This document shows positions 27,990 through 39,300 of a DNA stretch of 44,754 nucleotides, one piece after another. Made by a program: the position numbers and the translations under genes. Below the pieces are notes generated by a model. It worked only from the letters and a program-made list of their open reading frames with translations, ran no database searches and was not told the origin of the DNA. The DNA is from Macrostomum lignano (taxonomy: Eukaryota): NCBI GenBank assembly GCA_002269645.1, contig NIVC01004474.1, forward strand, positions 1-44,754, given 5' to 3'. Every line of letters begins with the position of its first letter. Within the stretch, counting starts at the first letter, position 1.

Positions 27990-30385
27990 GAGAACTGGCG
28001 CGGGGAGGGGAGCCCTCTGTTTGGGGAGAGGATCAAGCGTAAGGGGAATGGGAAAAACGACTGGGGGAGGGGTGGTTCCGATATCCGTTCCTCTGAGTCT
28101 CGTCTCCTCCTCCTGAAGCGAGAGAGCATAGCAGGCGGGGAGGGAGTAGACCAAAGGTCTGAGTCATGTCCCGCTATCCGCTCTCCACGCTTATTTTCTG
28201 CTTCTGCCCGCACTCACACTCTTCCCCGTCTCCATTGCTCTGCTGTGCAGTTCAGCATAAACATTCTTCTCCGTTTGAGACCTGGACTGGGCTAATAAAT
28301 CGATACTCTTATTTAGCGGCCGATGCTGCTCGGGCTCTGGGTTGGGACTCGGTCGCAATCGGAGGAAAGAGTTGTAGGAGAAAAAAAGCGGGAATTCGGG
28401 GGGACGAGCGGTGCGGGCTTTCTGGGTGGCTGGGCGGCTTTCCGACTCGTGGGCGAAGAGGAAAACGCGTGCGGGAGCGGAAGAGAGAGAGAGACGGGAC
28501 AGGGGAGTTGAGCACTGCTCTGTCTGTCTGGCCATCGAGGGGAGCCGGGTGTGCTGCAGCTGGCTCAACTGTCTCGAGCACCCGTCGAGTCCATGCGTAC
28601 CCTCCGCCAACCCCCCTAAACCCGGCCATTCGTTCATACTGTCGGGGAGTTCTGGATAGCAACATCTGGAGTGTTTTGAGGCTGTCTGGAAGACTCAAAT
28701 TCATCGCCTGTCAATTTGATTTAAATAGTTGCCGGAACATGACACGACAGAATATCGCATCACAGTCGAATAGATGAGCCTTAATTTTACATAATCGAGC
28801 CTATCGAAAAAAAACTATACCGGTCGACAGTTTCCACTCCAGCTAGCTTTAAACAAAAACTCCTTGTTCAAAGCAGCTGCCGTTGCATAAACAGCTTGGG
28901 GAGATATAAGAGTAGTTAAAGCCTATAGCGGCTCGAGGGTCGAGCCCAGTAGAGGATTGCCTCACGCGCTTTGGCATGCGGGCGGCCAAAAATTCCGAGT
29001 GCGCGGCGCGGGCCGAGGGCAAGTGCAGAAATCGATGCCAGCGACTTGCATTGACGGTGCGGTGCCTGTGTCTGCATGCCATTTGCATTCCTCTCTGCTC
29101 GATAATGACGCTCTGTCAAATGGGCAGCAGCACGCTTGAGAGGGTGCTCACTGCTGCTCTATTGCTGCATACAGTATGAGTAAGGATTTAGGCGATTTGC
29201 AGTGTAACAACTACATGTATAAGTTATAGTGAATCATGAAATTCAGCATTTTCTATCGAGATTTCTGCATGCACATATACAATGCCATTTTTTGTCCTGA
29301 CTTCAAGGATCGAGCAGTATACGTTCGTCGGGATGCCATGATTAATGCAAAGCAATGTTTAATTTATACATGTACTGTGTACGATTCTATATTGACAGCC
29401 AAAATGAGCAAAATTTCCCTGTGCTTTTTATTAATGATTCATATGAGCGTATCAGCTTTACATGCATGCTTTTTGTGCACGGTCTCTGCTCATTATGATT
29501 TCGGGGTTCACGAAAAAACGGGTAAACCTTTTTATTTACATGTACAATTCGATTTATCAGAGTTAAAATTCTGCCATGCATTTACTCATATAATTGTTGT
29601 TTATAATTAAGGTACAATTATATATTATATATGATTATAAAGGTTCTGCAGCCTGACAGCTTTAATGAAGCCACGACAGTCGGGTGCCTCTTGAAATTTA
29701 AATTTACATGCTCATATATGTCGTAGTCATTAGAGGCCAATATAAAATGCGTATATATATATTTTTTGAGCACCCACATCCTCTAATTTTGGTTTGTACA
29801 TGTATTAGTTTCGCGGTATTCAAATAAAATGGCTCATAAATCTTTAATTAGATATGTACAAAAGTGTCAGCAGGGATTGCTTAGGTATAAGAAACTCTTT
29901 TCTTAAGAGTTTGTTGGTATAAATAAATACAATACAATAAATAACTACTAAATAGTAGTATATACCATACAAAAGCCAAGGACGACTTAAGTCAAAAGAC
30001 AAAAGCATGCAACTACTTAAAGTAAATGCACATGAATTACACTCTTTATGGCAAAAAGAATAAAAAACTGCAGTTTCAAGTTAAAAGTTTTTTGATTCTT
30101 GTATCACTAAGTATCAATGCAAAAAATGCTTCGTTTTTTACGTACACAGTTCTTGGAAATATATCGTTTTAAAATACATAACATCCGAGTCGAAGTCTCG
30201 TGAAATGTTTAGCAGCAGCAGACACTACCAGACTTAAGGGCTCTAAGAGCTCCAAACTAAAGCTGTTCTAGTCTTTTTATTTTGACTTAATACGTCTGGC
30301 TGGGGTTAGAATTACAGTACCTGCAGTTGCAGATACAGAGTGAAAAAGAAATTTAAGTTATTCTTGTGGCATTATTAATGAGATA

Positions 30386-33300
30386 ATGGCTTCTAGACGG
30401 GAAAGAGAAATGCGAAAAGAGATCGATGAGGTAAGAAAAATCTTTCAATGGGCTTTGTATATATGACCACAAAAATACAGAGCCAGACTTCCAGTAGCTG
30501 ATCTTAAAATATGTTCTGGCCTGTTATCATATCTAGGCCCTAGTGTTGTGAAAAAAAGAGCAAAAAAATCATAAATAACTTATTAGTTTTTATTTAAATT
30601 ATTTGCTTTTAATTAATGCTCTATACTTTTTTATTTGCTTTTTATTATTACACTTAAAATAAAAAATTAAAGCTTATGCCTTATGCTTTCTTCTATTTTT
30701 GCTTCAACATACATGCACAACAGTCAGCCGATCCAGCCAACTGATTTGGTGGCCAACCAAGGTAAGTCACAAAAATGCCCACCTGAATAAATATCAAAGT
30801 AGTGCTAAGTAGATGACGAGGCATATTGCCTTAATAAAACAGTCATAGTTACTCCTGCCGGCTTCTTTTACATGCCATAGTCAGGAAGGTGTCCAGTGTA
30901 TGCAGGAACTAATTCTGGGCAAAATTAAGCCTGTACGCCAATGTGTGCCAATTTTTTTAGCTTCATTTCCCAGCATGGAATTCTTGCATCTGGCATATAA
31001 AATGGAAAATTGCGACTTTTTTCGGTGCGCAATTCCATATTGAACCAAACGCAATTTTACAATCTTTAACAAAATTTAGTGGTGCAATTTTTAGCATTAC
31101 CAATTGTCAAAATAATGTTTTGCAATAGTGTTATACTAGCATTTTTTGACGACTCGTTACAATAAATATTAAACTGATTATCTTTGTTTTTTTAAGTAGA
31201 GAATTTTAAATTTGAACAGTTCGTAAATAACGAACTATAAATGTTACGTTTTTGTAGTAATTCTAGATTTAATACAGTAAAGTCAGTAATTTATAAATTT
31301 AAACTGTGTAAACAGTCACAAAATAATTTGCAATTTTTGTCGCATTTCTTGCAGCCCGTACAGGTGCGCAATTTTTTTTGAGTTGCGCAATTTTTCGCAA
31401 TTTTTTTCCTGAACGCAAAAATGCGTTGCAATTTTCATGCAAGAATTCCATCCTGGTTCATTTTGAACATTACGCTGTACGCTGAAGTCCTTTTTCTGTA
31501 TCATTTTTCCACACTTTATTGCACGCAACAATTTAAAAAATTGAAAACAGAAACAAATAAAGCAATTCTTTTTTCACAAAAGTGCAAAATAACAATCTTT
31601 AGTAATAGTTTTCCATTATCTGCTTAGCTTACTTTTTATTATTCTTTCATTTTTCAATGGCCATAAATCAGCAAAGACATACGATACAATGCAAATGAGA
31701 TTAAATATGATTTGTAAAAAAGGTCACAGTGCTTGCTTATGTACGGTACGCGGACAGTGGTTATGATGCCACACTCTGGTACGCCAATTTTGTCGTTCTG
31801 TTGTGTGTATGCAGATACGCAGATACACTAGTTTTCTGAAGATCTATACGCCAAAACTGATTCTAATGGCCAAGTATACGCAGGAATATTCCTACGTATG
31901 GACACCTTCCTGACTATGGTTTATATGTAAGTTGCATTTTTGGCCAAAAAATACGTTGCATTTATGTTAAAACTAAGTCGCACGGCCGACCGAATTTTGG
32001 AGGTTGCACATGTATGTGCTTCAATATTCAATAAATCAAAATGTTAAAATAGAAAAATTTAATGGAATTTCTAACAAATCAAGTCAACAATATAAAAGAA
32101 TTTTTAACATTTGTCTTTTTTCTTTTTTTGTATTTAGATGATTTTCTTGTCTTTTATTTTTTTGCAAATGATATTTAATGAAATTTGAGTAATCATTAGC
32201 CAATAGGCCTATTAAGCCTTATGGCAATTATCAAGTTCTATTTGTCATACAAGTGCAACCTTGGAAATCGCTTGGCCATTTCTATTAGCAACATATACAA
32301 TTAAAATGTAAATGTAAATTGCTAATGGCTACAAGTAGTCATGTGACTATTATTCCATCCAGTGACTTATATCTTATATGTATGTTGCCAATAGAAATGG
32401 CTAGGTTAATCCCTAGGTTGCACCCAAGCATGCTATTTGTTAAATTATTTTGACTCTAGAAAAGTATAGTACAAACTATTTTAAGTACAAATAGCTATTT
32501 TTAAGATATTTAAGTTTAATCAAGCATTAATTTATTGTTTCAAAACTTGTTATAATATATCTAGTACCCAAAAACTACAATAGTCTATGGTCAAACTACC
32601 AACAAACAGCAAAAGCTTTACATGCTATAGTACTAGGAAATCTATAATAGGATATTCCTAAATGGCTTCACTAGGTTTAGTTAATACTACAATTCTTCTA
32701 AATATGTTTCACATAGGGCTTGTGAAATCCCATGCATGGCACATAGCATAGCCTTGCTAAATTTAGGACTTTACTTTTAGTCATTTGTTATTTATCAAAT
32801 TGTTAAAGATCATTGATATTTAGACTTGACCATAGACCTTTTTCAAGTTGAAAAATGTTCAAATGTTCTGGCTATAGACTATTGCAGCTTTCCAGGGTCA
32901 GATATATAACAAGTTTTGAAGCATTGAATTAGTGCTCAATCAGGCTTAAGTCTCTTAAAAGTTTTATTTGTACTTAAAATAGTTTGTAGATTACTTTTTT
33001 GGATTCAAAATAATTTAACAAACAAAACTTGACAATTGCCAACCTTATACAAGGGTCACTCAGAAAGTTCTTAGCCTAAACAAGAAAACCGCAACAAATG
33101 AACTAAAAAATGACTATAAGTGCTCAAAATACTCTCCACTAGCATTGATATAGGCTTGCATCCTGTGAAACTAGCTGTAAAAGCACTGCCACTATCTTCA
33201 TCCCAGAGCTCCTCAATGATGTTTTTGAACTCATTTACAGCTTTTTCTAGTAAAGAAAAAACCTGATGCTTCAAAATCTCCTTGCACTTTGGAAACAGAA

Positions 33301-36300
33301 AAAAGTTGCATATCTAGATAGTGCTAAGTCTGGACTATATGCAGGGTGAGTCATCAGCTAGGCCCCACAGTCAGCCAGAAACTCAAGAGTCTGAGCCGCT
33401 GTGTGTGCTCTAGTGTTGTCATGGTGCAGAAGCACCCCATACATTCCAAACCTTGGGCACCTCTGGCTCACAGCAAAAAAGACTTTGGGCAGGCAAACCA
33501 TTGTATACCAATCAGCGGTGACTGTGGCAATCTTCAAGTAAAACAGAAGCCACATTCCCAGTGTGTATGAAGAAACAGGCCACCATCTGCTTGCCAACAC
33601 TCCGGCTGCATCAAAACTTGGTGGGGCTGTCCTTGTCTCCAAAGGTCTATATTGCTGACTAGCGCTTGCTTTCGGGTCATATTGATAAATCCAGGTCTTA
33701 TCGCCTGTAGAGATGTTCCAGATATGCCAGCTGGTCCCAGATTCAAATTTCTACAGCATGAATTGGCACCATGCCACCAAGCCACCCTGGTGTCCTTTTG
33801 CATGTCAGACTGCGTATGGGGGATCCACTGGGAAGCCAGCTTCCATACAGATGTAGTACTAATTAGATGACGAGGAATTTAGCCCTTATAAGAGAGTCAT
33901 AGTTACTCCGGCTGTTTACCCAAAATTGCATTAATGTTGCTCTAGGGTTTCTTTCACAGGTAAGTCGCATTTTTGGTCAAAAAGTAAGTCGCATGGCCAG
34001 TGTAAATCAGGGGGGTTGCGCATGTATGCTTTGTACAGAATGGCGTGCACACTCCCCAATCCAATACCAATCTCCTGCTAGATCTGCTGGTAGGTCACTC
34101 GCCAAGCAGCAGCAATCATGCTGGACACAGTGCAGATATTTTCTAGAGTCACTGCATCACAAGGTCTCCCGGATCGATGTTCATCTTTGAGGCTTTCTCG
34201 ACCTTGGCAAAACTCAGCAAACCAGTTTTTGATGGTTGTATATGAAGGACATGGATAGGTGAAAACATTCTGTAAAGTTTGATATGAATTGGCTGGCGAC
34301 TTGACTTGCTTGAAGTGCAAGTACATCATTGCTCTGAAGTCACAATTTTCCAGCTTCATTTTTTAATTGAAGGGGGTGAACTGACTTTAACTCGCTGCAG
34401 TGGACTCAAAAGTGGCTGCTTCTATTTAAAATTTTGTTGCAATACTTTTTAAAGTTGGTCTTCACCATAGACAAATTTCATGCTTCTATGTCTCGTGGAT
34501 CCTACTTAGGCTAAAGACTTTCTAAGTGACCCTCATATATTTGATTAATAATCCTAGCCTTAATTGTGCCATAGTCTTGAAGATTTTCTATGCATGCCAC
34601 AATACTTTTTGACTCTGCATGTAGCATGCCGAAATTATTTAGAAATCTCATGTGAACTACATGCCACGTGCCAAGGGCCTCATCTGCATTGGGCACCACA
34701 TGTGAAGCGTTGACCAGGGGGGGGGCAAAGTTGAAAGCAAAAATGCACTCATATTTTAAAGAGCACTTTGCTTACATAAAAGCAGTGAAGCCTGTTTAAA
34801 CAAATTAAATTCTTTTTCATAGATTGAATTACTTTTTTTTGTCTTTTTGTAAAAAGTTGCAAAAAGTATTATATTACAATGATTTTAAAAAAAATTATAA
34901 CAAATATTGAAAAAGATTTTAATTAAGACATTACTGTTTACAAATTTCCATGGTCTAGCCAAATCCAAACCTCTGTTAGAGTCCTTCTATAGCTATAGTT
35001 ATAGGAATATATATATTATTTCCTAGATAGAACAATAAAAAATTAATAATGCCTCTGTCAAAGCTTTTATAAGGGGAACTCTCGAGTCCCTAGGGTTGAA
35101 GACTTAAGCAAAAGATTTGTGACTCTGCATACACATTGTGTGGATACTGGATAGAGTGGTAGGTGCTAAAGTTAAGATAAATGTTTTTATTTTCAATGTA
35201 ACCCTTTAGTCTTATATCCCTGGGGTTGGGGACTAAAGCAATCGAAATTTTCAATGTTATGTGCACATTGTGGTTTGGGTGATAGGGGCTAAAGTTTAAT
35301 ATAGTCCTAGCCAGAAGTTACAAGAAATTAATTAGCTATTATAGTGATCCACTAGTTGGTGTTAGGCGTCGCACTTTGTCAGCAGTCGCCCTTGCCTTCG
35401 CCCTCGCCCTGGGTTGCTGTCTGCCGCTGGTCAGCTTCCCGCCTCCCTCCTTTTGTCTGTCTGTTGCTGCTCCCTATCGTTTTGCCCGTTTTGCCCCTTC
35501 GTTTCTCAGCCCTCAGCTTCTCTGCTGTGGGCTGTCGCTGTTTCGTCAGTCTTGGTTTCCCTGCCATGTGAGCTAGTCACATGACAGATCTCTCGTTCTT
35601 TGAGTCCTAAAGTGCAGTAAACAAGTTTACTGCACTCGCTGGTCCTGTTTACTGGGAGAGTCACGTGCTTTCGGTCCCCTCCCTTCTCTAAGGAGAGGAG
35701 TGATTCATGTTGCTAAAAATAGCAACTGAGTCACAGCCGCGTGTACTTCTGCCCGGAGGCCATGAGTGACGTCAGTTCTAAAAATAGAACGAGTCACGAG
35801 ATCTTGTGCAATGGGACAGAGGTGAATCCCGCGCTATAAATAAGGACCCCTCTCCCCCTTGTTTCCGTCAAGGAGTTTTCAGTTATCAGTATTTGTAGCC
35901 GAGTTCCTGAGATTCTGACTATTCGTCTTCGGAATCTTCTTCTTGTCTAGTTTTCCAGACTTCGTTCAGTTGCCCATTTAAGCTATCACCAATTGACCTG
36001 ACTAAAACTTAGACGCCCAAGCCTAAGGGAGGCTAACACTGCCTTCCCAGCCACCCCTGAGCCCGGCGGGGATCTGCTGATCAGGACGCCTTGTTCATTA
36101 ATCTGCAAATCTGCACGCTGTGCTGAGTTCGTTGACTTGTTTATTTTCGTTCCGACGGGAAGCTCACTTCACCGAAGGCCGAGACCTGAAGGAACTGGTG
36201 GCAGCACTACCTACGCTACTGAGAGAGTTAAGAAGGCTTCCGAGTGAGAAGACGGAGAGCCCAAATCACTGAGCGGGACAGCGTGACAACCCCGAGACAC

Positions 36301-39300
36301 CACAAGTACTTCACTATGGATATAGATAGGCTACACAGGAAATAAATATGATATGACTACGGATATAGAAAGTTATGATTATGGCAGGACTCTAAGAGAT
36401 ATGCCATGGCCCCCATATGCCAGAAACCTAGGTTTTGAATATATAATCTGTTCTGTTGATTTCTCTGTTGTCATAGCAACATAGCTGTACTAATAAGAAA
36501 AAAATTCCAAAAATATGGTAAGGCCTCTATTTAACCATCTACTATTTTTTATCTCCTTTTTTAGACATTTCGGCCACTGTTTGAGAAGGTAAATTATTAT
36601 TTTTTAATGGCCGTACAGCTAACTTTTGTTATAGAATGTGATATAATAGACTGTGTGAAGTCTGGGACTTGTTACGTTTAAGGCTTCTTCTGTGAAGGCT
36701 TGTGTGAGGTTTGGGGCCTGTGTGATGTCTGAATTTGTGTGAACTTTCGGACTTATGAAGTTGCGAGCTTGTTTAATGCTGTCTGTCCTTCCCTGACCCC
36801 AACCCCCAGCCATCACTCCATTGTGCACCAGCCAATAACGCATACTTCCAAATTAATCTCCCATAGTACGAAGCCGACCCAGGCAATAGCGAAGGCGTGC
36901 CGTTGCAGCAGCTGTCCCAGCAGTTGCAGCAGTCCAGCACTTTGCCACGCATGCGAATCAACGCCATGCTGCGCACAGCCGACGCCGATAGGAACAATCG
37001 GATCACCTACGAGGAGTTCGTCGTGGAGATGACCAGAACCGACGATGCCACCAGACAGAGAATGGGCGTCGGCAGGCGGATGTTCAATCGGGCGGTGATG
37101 TCCGCGGTGCCGGGCCTCCGGCCCCGGGTGGTGGTCACCGCCGACGCGCCCGATTTTATGACTTGGACAGACGAAGGCGATCTGGAATCTTTTGTTGACG
37201 CCTACGATTGTAAACCGCCGCCAATATTTATACCGCTGGTGACGCTGGTTGAGATTGGAGTGTTTCTGTACTATGCTTTGCATCCGGACTACAAGGACAT
37301 GTGAGGCCTATTGGCGTCGGAGTTAGTGATAGAATAGAATAACTGATAGAATCTCAGATATAATGCTCATCATTTTTCATAGGCGTAGGAACGGGAGGGG
37401 ACACGGCCATGGCCCCCCACTTTTTAAATGCCAAATGTTGACTTTTTGCTTATTTTTTACTCCTATTTCTGGTTTTTGCTGCTTTGCATGAATGCATTTT
37501 GCTGCAGGACGACAAAACATAGCGCCAAAATGAGTGCCTGCGGCGCCAAAATGAGTGCCTGCAGCGCCAAAATCAGTGCCTGCGGCGCCAACATGAGTGC
37601 CTGCGGCGCCAACATGAGTGCCTGCAGCGCCAACATGAGTGCCTGCGGCGCCAACATGAGTGCCTGCGGCGCCAAAATGAGTGTCTGTGGCGCCAACATG
37701 AGTGCCTGCAGCACCAAAATGAGTGCCTGCGGCGCCAAAATGAGTGCCTGCAGCGCCAAAATCAGTGCCTGCGGCGCCAACATGAGTGCCTGCGGCGCCA
37801 ACATGAGTGCCTGCAGCGCCAACATGAGTGCCTGCGGCGCCAACATGAGTGCCTGCGGCGCCAAAATGAGTGTCTGTGGCGCCAACATGAGTGCCTGCAG
37901 CACCAAAATGAGTGCCTGCGGCGCCAAAATGAGTGCCTGCAGCGCCAAAATCAGTGCCTGCGGCGCCAAAATGAGTGCTGCGGCGCCAACACAAGTGCCT
38001 GCGGCGCCAAAATGAGTGCCTGCGCCGCCAAACTGAATGCTGACAACACCAATTCTGAAAATAATCGGTACATGATAATGTGCATTTCCCATATAAAAAA
38101 TAATAAAAATCTTACTCGACGGGGGGGGGGCGCCTTGTGCGCCCCCCCCCTAAATCCGCCACTGAACCCGCCCCCCCCACTTTTTGAAACGTTCCTACGC
38201 CTATGCCATTTTTAAAGGTATCCAGTCACTGCCTCGTCCGGCTGCCCAATGGACTCGCCGCTAATTTACCATCCGCACCGGCGCTGGGAGGCGTGGCGTT
38301 TTGTCAGCTACATGCTGCTGCACAATGGCTACATTCACTTGATCTTTAACTGCTTCTTCCAGGTAAGCATTGAAGTCTGAGCTTTGATAGTTTCTGGCCA
38401 ACCGTAAAACTAACATAAACATCTTTGTCTCCACTTTCAGCTCGTCCTCGGCACTCTGCTAGAGCTGGTGCACAAGTTCTGGCGCGTCGGATTGGTGTAC
38501 CTGCTAGGAGTTATCGCCGGCTCATTAGCCAGTTCGTGCTTCGATTCGCGAACCTACCTGGCTGGCGCATCGGGCGGTTGCTACGCTTTGATTGGCGCCC
38601 ATTTTGCCAACGTGATGATGAACTGGGAGGAGATGCAGTTTGATTGGCTGAAGAGTCCCATTAGTTTTATTGGCAGCGGTGTGGTCAGGCTGTCCATCCT
38701 GCTGCTGTTGGCTGGCGGGGATACCGGATTGGCCGTGTACAGTCGGTACACCTCTGCGCCCGCTTCTAGGACCAGCTTTGCTGCCCACGGCGGCGGCTTT
38801 CTGGCTGGTGAGGATCTCGCTTTATCTAATGATTTATGAGTATGAGGCGGCTCAAGATGTCCCATGCTCAAGACTTCATAGGCTCAACCTGTCCCATGCT
38901 CAAGACTTCATAGGCTCAACCTGTCCCATGCTCAAGACTTCATAGGCTCAACCTGTCCCATGCTCAAGACTTCATAGGCTCAACCTGTCACATGCTCAAA
39001 CCTTCATAGACTCAGCCTGTCACATGCTCAAACCTTCATAAGGTTAACCTGTCACATGCTCAAACCTTCATAAGCTCAACCTGTCACATGCTCAAACCTT
39101 CATAAGCTCAACCTGTCGCATGCTTAAACCTTCATAAGCTCAACCTGTCACATGCTCAAATCTTCATAAGCTCAACCTGTCACATGCTCAAACCTTCATA
39201 GACTCAGCCTGTCACATGCTCAAATCTTCATAAGGTTAACCTGTCACATGCTCAAATCTTCATAAGCTCAACCTGTCACATGCTCAAACCTTCATAGACT

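Noticed and set aside
33858-33921. A functional rRNA gene
   Set aside because: Only ~60 nt match 28S, embedded in non-rRNA sequence; it is treated as a captured fragment.
33851-34026. ATGTA as a 5-bp TSD of 28S-element copy B
   Set aside because: Copy A also ends in CATGTA, so the motif probably belongs to the element. At most an AT dinucleotide is duplicated, and the ends remain undefined.
35357-35369. TGGTGTTAGGCGT as a tRNA-Leu primer-binding site
   Set aside because: It has two mismatches to the expected PBS and no recognisable LTR upstream; it fits better as an inverted terminus paired with ACACCA at 36297-36302.
37377-38092. GAAGTHF / MSACGAK repeat ORFs (antifreeze- or silk-like)
   Set aside because: This is the 21-bp array inside a MITE inside a rhomboid intron.
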